Virus record (IMG/VR): IMGVR_UViG_3300026122_000001 | Length of the DNA: 17,980 nucleotides | From: a virus | Lineage: Duplodnaviria > Heunggongvirae > Uroviricota > Caudoviricetes | Strand: one strand, 5' to 3' | Notes under the pieces: generated by a model | What the model saw: the letters and a program-made list of their open reading frames with translations, nothing else | The model's database searches: none | Told to the model about the DNA's origin: nothing | Made by a program: the position numbers and the translations under genes | In this document: in pieces, positions 13,086 through 17,980 of the stretch | How positions within the stretch are numbered: position 1 is the first letter of the stretch | How the letters are laid out: every line of letters starts with the position of its first letter

Positions 13086-15765
13086 TGATAGCCTCCATTG
13101 GTGGCGGGATATATCCCTCGGGTTTGCAGATTTCTCGGAGTCTGGTGTCTTGTTCGGGTGTTAAATCACGTTTCACTTGTGCCAGCTTCTGTGATTTGGT
13201 AATCTTCATGGCAGTGTCGAATTCCTGCTTTCGACGTTGGTACACGCCCATCAGTTCTTCGTCTGCCAGATCGTCGCCCTTGGGCTTCTTTGGAGAACTG
13301 ATACCGTTGGCGGCCAGTTCCTCAGTGGCCAGTTCCTCGGCCTGCGAGTCCAGGTATTCATCGTATGTGGGCATCAAGGCAATCGGACGAATCAGGTCGG
13401 TCTCGGAGCCACCCTTCTTCTCGGCCCAGTTAGCCTGAACCTTGTTCCAGGTCATGCCCAGCAGAGTTACCTTGTCTCGGTATGACTCAGTGACTCGACG
13501 TACCACAGCGGCCACAGGGTCGACGTATGTCGGGTGAGTGACACACATGACTTCATCATGGATGTTCATGGGTGCAACCATAAGCTCGTGGATACCAACC
13601 GGTTGCAGGTCCCAAATGGCCCGTTGCACTTCCTTGGTAATCATGGCACCCGGAGACTGAATCAAGTGGTTGGCTGCCGCCCGGGTGTTCTGAGCTTGAA
13701 TCTGGAATGCTGCGCCATAAAGGGCTGAGGACGCTGCGCCACCGGCTGTTTGTGGCCCACGTACCTCGTTACGCACCACATTCATTTTCACATCACGCCA
13801 TTGTTTGGGCACACTCTGTGCCAACTTGAACAAGGCGCTGATGACAGAGTTCTCCAGCGTGAAGTATCGACGGAAGCCCAGGAAGGTTTCGCAATGGTCG
13901 CTGGGGTCCTTCCACACTACTCGTGTGCCGATGCCCTTTGGTTGCGTGAGAGCACAGAAAGCCTGTTGTACACGTTCGCGAGCCGCTTTCACACCGGGGA
14001 ACCGTTTATCAAACCCCTTGAAGGCTTCCTCACCAATGTCCAGCGGAATCCCCTGGTTCTGGTATAGTGTGTTATGATCGCCGCCATAGAGCATGGCGAA
14101 GATGGCCGACTTACCGGGCCCATACATGTCGTTCTTTGTACCATCCGACTCCAAGACTTCCTCGTAGGTAGTGCCAGGGAAAATTTCCATGGCGAACATC
14201 GCATGGATTTTTCTACCTTCCAGCAACACCTGATGCAGCTTGGGGTCCTTGAATACGGCGTCGGCAATTGTAACCTCGAATGCGTCGAAGTCACCACCAC
14301 ACAGGACGTTGTCGCCTTCTGTGAGTGGGAACATTTTCCGCACAGCTTTGTCATGCTTGATACCTTGGGCATTCAAGCCATCGCCACCGGACATACGTGA
14401 ACTCAGTGTTCCGATGACTTTGAAGCTGGCATGGAACCGCCCGGCCTTCAACAGCTTGGCGTACAACTCGACTTCTTTGGCCGCGATTTTGACATCCAGA
14501 ATCTCTTGGGCTCGAATTGCCGCCGGGCTGGGTCCACCCTGCATGAAGCCTTTGCCATCACAACGTGGGCAAGGGTCGCCTTCCATTGTGATGCCGGACG
14601 CAAAACACATGGGGCACCCATCGCCTTCGTCACATTTCATCTGCGCAATCTCGGTCAGCACCTTTTTCTTGGTGCTGTTGTCCAACGGGATTGCCTCTGT
14701 GTCAGTCATCTTCTCTCGGATATATTTCCGAACAGCAGATGGCTTGTTGATGTTTACAGGCGAGTGCGACAGAACGCTGGCGGCGTTGGTCATCAATTTC
14801 CTGATGCCAGGAATGTTGATTTTGAAGCCACGCCAACGAACCACAGCCACCATGCATGCAAGCTCGCTGTCGGTGTCACCAGCCGGTGGTGACTCGAAGT
14901 GGTAATAAAGCTCTCGTGTATACACCACATCGTCCGTGGCGTACTCACGCGCACCTTCATGGGTGTGCCAATGATCGATGTGCTTTTGAATCTTGGCAGG
15001 CCAAGCATACCCCCGGAGAGAACCATCCGGCTTGTATACCGCCCAGTCCTTCTCAGGGCTGGACACAGCCGAGGCATACGGGGCATAACCCAATTCGGCC
15101 GGGCGATCAGTTTTGGGCAACTCGATGTCCGAGAAGTGCGCCTTGGGTTTCTTACCCAATGCATACTCGGCGAGAAACTTCAGACCACCAGCAGGGTTGA
15201 ATTTCAAGACCACGTCTTTCAGACACGGGTCTACCAGCCCAGTCTTGCGGTCCGTGACATCAAAGACCTTCCAACGTGGGCCCGACTTGTCTTTGGTGCG
15301 GGCAAACAGGATATCGTCGAATTTCACCCGACCCTCAAGCTCCATGGCCATCGCGTAGGCCAATGGTGTAGGCACCCGTCTGATCCTGACATCTTTCCGT
15401 GACATCAGCTTTTGATACGGGCCTCGGCGGGAATGCAGTAAGAGGTCACAAGCAGCCTTTGGTTTCAATCCGGGGCCAAAGCAGCCTTCAGATTCGCGGG
15501 CTGCAATCTCTTCGATATGTTCTTCCGGAATCCAATCCTTGGGGAACAACGAGAAGATTGTGTAGGTCTTGGCGAGGTGGAACCAGTCAAAGACAAGATT
15601 GAACCCACAAACCTCACGCTCGCAAATGAACTCGATCAAGGCCAGCGTTTTGTGGATGGGCTGTTTCCATACTTCAAAGAGATGGATTGGCCCGTCATCC
15701 TCGGCCCACTGGAGCAGAACCATCTGACCGTGGAGACCACAGGTTTCTGTATCAAAAAAGATCAT
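13075..15765 (-). CDS. polA: Family A DNA polymerase with 3'-5' exonuclease, phage type, 896 aa
   Basis: ExoI FDTET, ExoII GFNLVFD, ExoIII YATDD; RFHASF...SSRMS...LNAQ; motif A GGDFDAFE; motif B KSAIFAMLYG; ANHLIQ; motif C IHDE. No 5'-3' exonuclease domain. Confidence 0.96.
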   Translation of the reverse strand: MIFFDTETCGLHGQMVLLQWAEDDGPIHLFEVWKQPIHKTLALIEFICEREVCGFNLVFDWFHLAKTYTIFSLFPKDWIPEEHIEEIAARESEGCFGPGLKPKAACDLLLHSRRGPYQKLMSRKDVRIRRVPTPLAYAMAMELEGRVKFDDILFARTKDKSGPRWKVFDVTDRKTGLVDPCLKDVVLKFNPAGGLKFLAEYALGKKPKAHFSDIELPKTDRPAELGYAPYASAVSSPEKDWAVYKPDGSLRGYAWPAKIQKHIDHWHTHEGAREYATDDVVYTRELYYHFESPPAGDTDSELACMVAVVRWRGFKINIPGIRKLMTNAASVLSHSPVNINKPSAVRKYIREKMTDTEAIPLDNSTKKKVLTEIAQMKCDEGDGCPMCFASGITMEGDPCPRCDGKGFMQGGPSPAAIRAQEILDVKIAAKEVELYAKLLKAGRFHASFKVIGTLSSRMSGGDGLNAQGIKHDKAVRKMFPLTEGDNVLCGGDFDAFEVTIADAVFKDPKLHQVLLEGRKIHAMFAMEIFPGTTYEEVLESDGTKNDMYGPGKSAIFAMLYGGDHNTLYQNQGIPLDIGEEAFKGFDKRFPGVKAARERVQQAFCALTQPKGIGTRVVWKDPSDHCETFLGFRRYFTLENSVISALFKLAQSVPKQWRDVKMNVVRNEVRGPQTAGGAASSALYGAAFQIQAQNTRAAANHLIQSPGAMITKEVQRAIWDLQPVGIHELMVAPMNIHDEVMCVTHPTYVDPVAAVVRRVTESYRDKVTLLGMTWNKVQANWAEKKGGSETDLIRPIALMPTYDEYLDSQAEELATEELAANGISSPKKPKGDDLADEELMGVYQRRKQEFDTAMKITKSQKLAQVKRDLTPEQDTRLREICKPEGYIPPPMEAINAT

Positions 15766-15803
15766 GGCTGGGACCGTATACAATGGGGAGAGGCAGTTAT
15801 CAT
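15762..15803 (-). CDS. Putative leaderless uORF, 13 aa (MITASPHCIRSQP), stop overlaps polA ATG
   Basis: ATG 15803 is the 7th nt after the -10 box; TGA 15762-15764 overlaps ATG 15765-15763. Confidence 0.5.
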   Translation of the reverse strand: MITASPHCIRSQP

Positions 15804-15816
15804 ACCCCTATTGTAT
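15778..15816. promoter_or_regulatory. Inverted repeat overlapping the polA -10 box and start site (possible operator or hairpin)
   Basis: ATACAATGGGG (15778-15788) versus CCCCTATTGTAT (15805-15816): 11 bp with a 1-nt bulge and a 16-nt spacer. Confidence 0.55.
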
Positions 15817-15838
15817 CAAGAATCCGCCCTGCTGTCAA
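15810..15838 (-). promoter_or_regulatory. Sigma-70-type promoter upstream of polA
   Basis: TTGACA (15838-15833), 17-nt spacer, TACAAT (15815-15810) preceded by TGn (extended -10). Confidence 0.85.
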
Positions 15839-16911
15839 GCAGATTCCCCGGAGTCGCCAGATATTTCGGCTCGAAGCTCCTCGGTGGAGATTGTGTTGAG
15901 GGCCCAGGCCAGGGCTCGTGGGGCGGACACCTGGAAATCGCCGGTCATAAGCTCGGCAATCATGTCCTGTATTTCCCGCTTACGGCGTACCCCAAGCCCC
16001 CTAGATCGGCGGTAGATTTCTATCGAAGACAGGCCGAGTTTCTTCTGTTCCGCGAGTTGGCCAAAGAACCCATACGGACGCTGTTGTTCCATGTACTGCT
16101 GGATGTCCAACTGCGTGACGATACCGGCCGCAGCGGCCTGCTGGACCTCCTCGGGCAGCTTCATCAACTCCAGCCGCACCCTAACCCACCGTGGGCCACG
16201 ATTCACCCTGGTTTGAATCTCCTGCATGGATTGGTCCTGGCAGATACTCTGTAGGGCCCGGGCCTCCTCGAATAGGGTCAAGTCCTGACGGTCCAGGTTT
16301 TCCGTGAAATTCAGAAGTCGGGCCGCTTGATCTGTCAGCCCGGGTCGCAGAATGGCGGGTATGTGGGTCCACTTGAGCAGCTTTGAGCAGGCAAGGAACC
16401 GTCTGTGGCCCGCGACAATCCGCCACCGGAACCCGGCTGGTATTCCGCCCGGCACATCCTCACCCGGTTGGATAATGATGGGAGCTTCTAGCCGCGAGTC
16501 CTTGATACTGTTGGCAAGGTCGTTGACAGTATTCAATGGGATGGCTGGCCGACAGTTGAACCCTTTGTCCAAAAAGATTTCACTAACGGGTATGTTGTAC
16601 ACCTCATAGCCATCTGCCTGTGACATACAGGTTCCCCAGGCTTCTGCAATCTCTTCTGTATGATTTGCCGGGACCCAATCTTTTGGTAGCCGCTCGAAAA
16701 CTTCGTAGACTTGCTTGAGTTGTCGGGCTTCAACCAAACTGCTAAGTTCGTCCATCTCTTTGGTTCGGATAAACTCAATCAGGTCCATGGTCTCGCGCAC
16801 TGTGCTTGTTTGCACCTGATGGGTATGGGTGATCCCATCGTCCACAGACCAGGCGATGGTAATCAACTCGGAACCGTACAAGCCGCTCGTCTCTGTGTCG
16901 ATATAGATCAT
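15835..16911 (-). CDS. Fusion protein: N-terminal PolA exonuclease-like fragment + ParB/Spo0J CTPase and HTH domain, 358 aa
   Basis: Residues 1-89 align with PolA residues 1-88 (35 identities). ParB motifs: FNCR, LANSIKDSRLEAPIII, IVAGHRR, TENLDRQDLTLFEEA, HTH and LMKLPEEVQ. Confidence 0.9.
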   Translation of the reverse strand: MIYIDTETSGLYGSELITIAWSVDDGITHTHQVQTSTVRETMDLIEFIRTKEMDELSSLVEARQLKQVYEVFERLPKDWVPANHTEEIAEAWGTCMSQADGYEVYNIPVSEIFLDKGFNCRPAIPLNTVNDLANSIKDSRLEAPIIIQPGEDVPGGIPAGFRWRIVAGHRRFLACSKLLKWTHIPAILRPGLTDQAARLLNFTENLDRQDLTLFEEARALQSICQDQSMQEIQTRVNRGPRWVRVRLELMKLPEEVQQAAAAGIVTQLDIQQYMEQQRPYGFFGQLAEQKKLGLSSIEIYRRSRGLGVRRKREIQDMIAELMTGDFQVSAPRALAWALNTISTEELRAEISGDSGESA

Positions 16912-17213
16912 GCGTCCAACCGAGAGGTTTGTGGATATTTACCACCATACGGGCGGGCAGTAACTGTGGCTTGAACAAACTTGCCCGTTCGACGGACCAG
17001 TTCCAATCGCACTGCATGGCGGTCCTCAAGGGGATTCATATGCAGGTCCAGTAAAATGTTGTCCGACCCCTGGAGAATCTCCAGCACGATCGGAACCAAC
17101 TTCCGACACCGCTGGACTACAATGAGGCAAGCTTTGAGAAGCACTGGTTGACTGTATTCCCCGTCGCCTCGCCGATGCTTGTTGATGATCTTCTCAGCTT
17201 GTCGGCGTCTCAT
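16908..17213 (-). CDS. Hypothetical protein, 101 aa; N-terminus paralogous to 17194-17454
   Basis: ATGA overlap with the ParB fusion; shared RQAEK...H motif. Confidence 0.75.
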   Translation of the reverse strand: MRRRQAEKIINKHRRGDGEYSQPVLLKACLIVVQRCRKLVPIVLEILQGSDNILLDLHMNPLEDRHAVRLELVRRTGKFVQATVTARPYGGKYPQTSRLDA

Positions 17214-17454
17214 ACCAGTCCATTTCCACCGCTGCTATTGTGCGGCCCAAAAATTCATACTCGTGGTTCTGCAACCTTCGGAAGAGTTTGTTGGTGGCGT
17301 CCAACTGGACTAGCATAACCACCCGTGGGATATACCAAGCCTTTGGCCGCCGACGGAGGACAGTTTTGAAAGCCTCATAGACAGTGGCCTTGGAATGCTC
17401 GGTGAGTTCCCGACAGTGATTGATAACCACCTTTTCAGCCTGTCTGATTTTCAT
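17194..17454 (-). CDS. Hypothetical protein, 86 aa; N-terminus paralogous to 16908-17213
   Basis: Overlaps both neighbours; shared motif. Confidence 0.75.
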   Translation of the reverse strand: MKIRQAEKVVINHCRELTEHSKATVYEAFKTVLRRRPKAWYIPRVVMLVQLDATNKLFRRLQNHEYEFLGRTIAAVEMDWYETPTS

Positions 17455-17794
17455 ACCATTCCCCCTCTACTACCTGCACGGCCTCGTCCCAGAACATATA
17501 AGACTCGCGTTCGAGCCAATCCCAAATAGCCCGACGGAGAAATGCTTCCCAGCCTGCTTCCAAGCTTGGACCGTCGATGGCATAGGCGGTGTAACAGCTA
17601 GCCGCATCGCCAGGTTGATAGCCTGTGACGGTAGCAATCGTAAACCCGAGTGGTTCAGCTTCTGGGTCGTCCCCGTCATCGAGTCCTGTCCGACCTGGGG
17701 TGCCCTCGGTGTACTTGAACTCTATTTCAACCTCGGCGTACACACCAGACTTACCCAACGGCCCTATTTCCATAATGACAAAGTGTTTGCTCAT
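17435..17794 (-). CDS. Hypothetical acidic protein, 119 aa; paralog of upstream partial gene
   Basis: ATGA overlap; YAIDG...W..FL...IW motif shared with 17791-17979. Confidence 0.8.
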   Translation of the reverse strand: MSKHFVIMEIGPLGKSGVYAEVEIEFKYTEGTPGRTGLDDGDDPEAEPLGFTIATVTGYQPGDAASCYTAYAIDGPSLEAGWEAFLRRAIWDWLERESYMFWDEAVQVVEGEWYENQTG

Positions 17795-17979
17795 CGATCG
17801 TCCCAGGTTAGTCCTTCAAGTGCATCGTCAATGATCGTTTGCTCGTTCTTGTAGACATAGGCCCACACGCGCTGGTACAGAAGTGCTTTCCAACGGGGCT
17901 CAATGTCGGCTCCATCCACATGGTAGCTCTCATGGTAAGAGCGGAGTGTACCGGCCACACCACGCACCTCAACGATGCG
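17791..17979 (-). CDS. C-terminal part of a hypothetical protein (5' end outside the window)
   Basis: Manual translation ...RIVEVRGVAGTLRSYHESYHVDGADIEPRWKALLYQRVWAYVYKNEQTIIDDALEGLTWDDR*; TGA overlaps the next ATG. Confidence 0.8.
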   Translation of the reverse strand, partial: RIVEVRGVAGTLRSYHESYHVDGADIEPRWKALLYQRVWAYVYKNEQTIIDDALEGLTWDDR

Positions 17980-17980
17980 T

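Noticed and set aside
13075-15765. Intein or intron in polA
   Set aside because: The ORF is continuous with all motifs in order; the only clear insert is about 30 aa and lacks intein splice-junction or LAGLIDADG motifs.
15835-16911. Canonical ParABS partition locus
   Set aside because: No Walker-A ParA gene, and I saw no canonical TGTTNCACGTGAAACA-type parS by eye in the window.
1-17980. Plus-strand ORFs in the track (e.g. 262-651, 2684-3133, 14240-14905, 15517-16254)
   Set aside because: They are antisense shadows of motif-bearing minus-strand genes that tile the window. The ALGFL repeat in 2684-3133 is simply the reverse frame of the KPKAK repeat.

Overview
This window looks like a segment of a large dsDNA phage or prophage genome: about 32 genes, all on the minus strand, most joined by ATGA/TGATG/TAATG overlaps, and no host housekeeping context. 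It is a replication and nucleotide-metabolism region. It encodes a family A DNA polymerase, ATP-dependent DNA ligase, VRR-NUC nuclease, PD-(D/E)XK exonuclease, a frameshifted DEDDh exonuclease, a beta-class DNA methyltransferase, GMP reductase with an adjacent purine PRTase, a stand-alone RelA/SpoT-type HD hydrolase, a GNAT, a sigma-70-like factor, a C39-like peptidase and many small hypothetical or Zn-finger proteins. The most striking structure lies at the polymerase 5' end. The gene directly upstream fuses a diverged copy of the polymerase's own first ~90 residues (about 39% identical, ExoII degenerate, ExoIII absent) to a ParB CTPase/HTH protein. polA has a near-consensus sigma-70 promoter overlapped by an inverted repeat, and a 13-codon leaderless uORF whose stop overlaps the polA ATG. 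The polymerase also has a DnaJ-type Cys motif insertion in its thumb. All family calls come from motifs read by eye; no searches were run.
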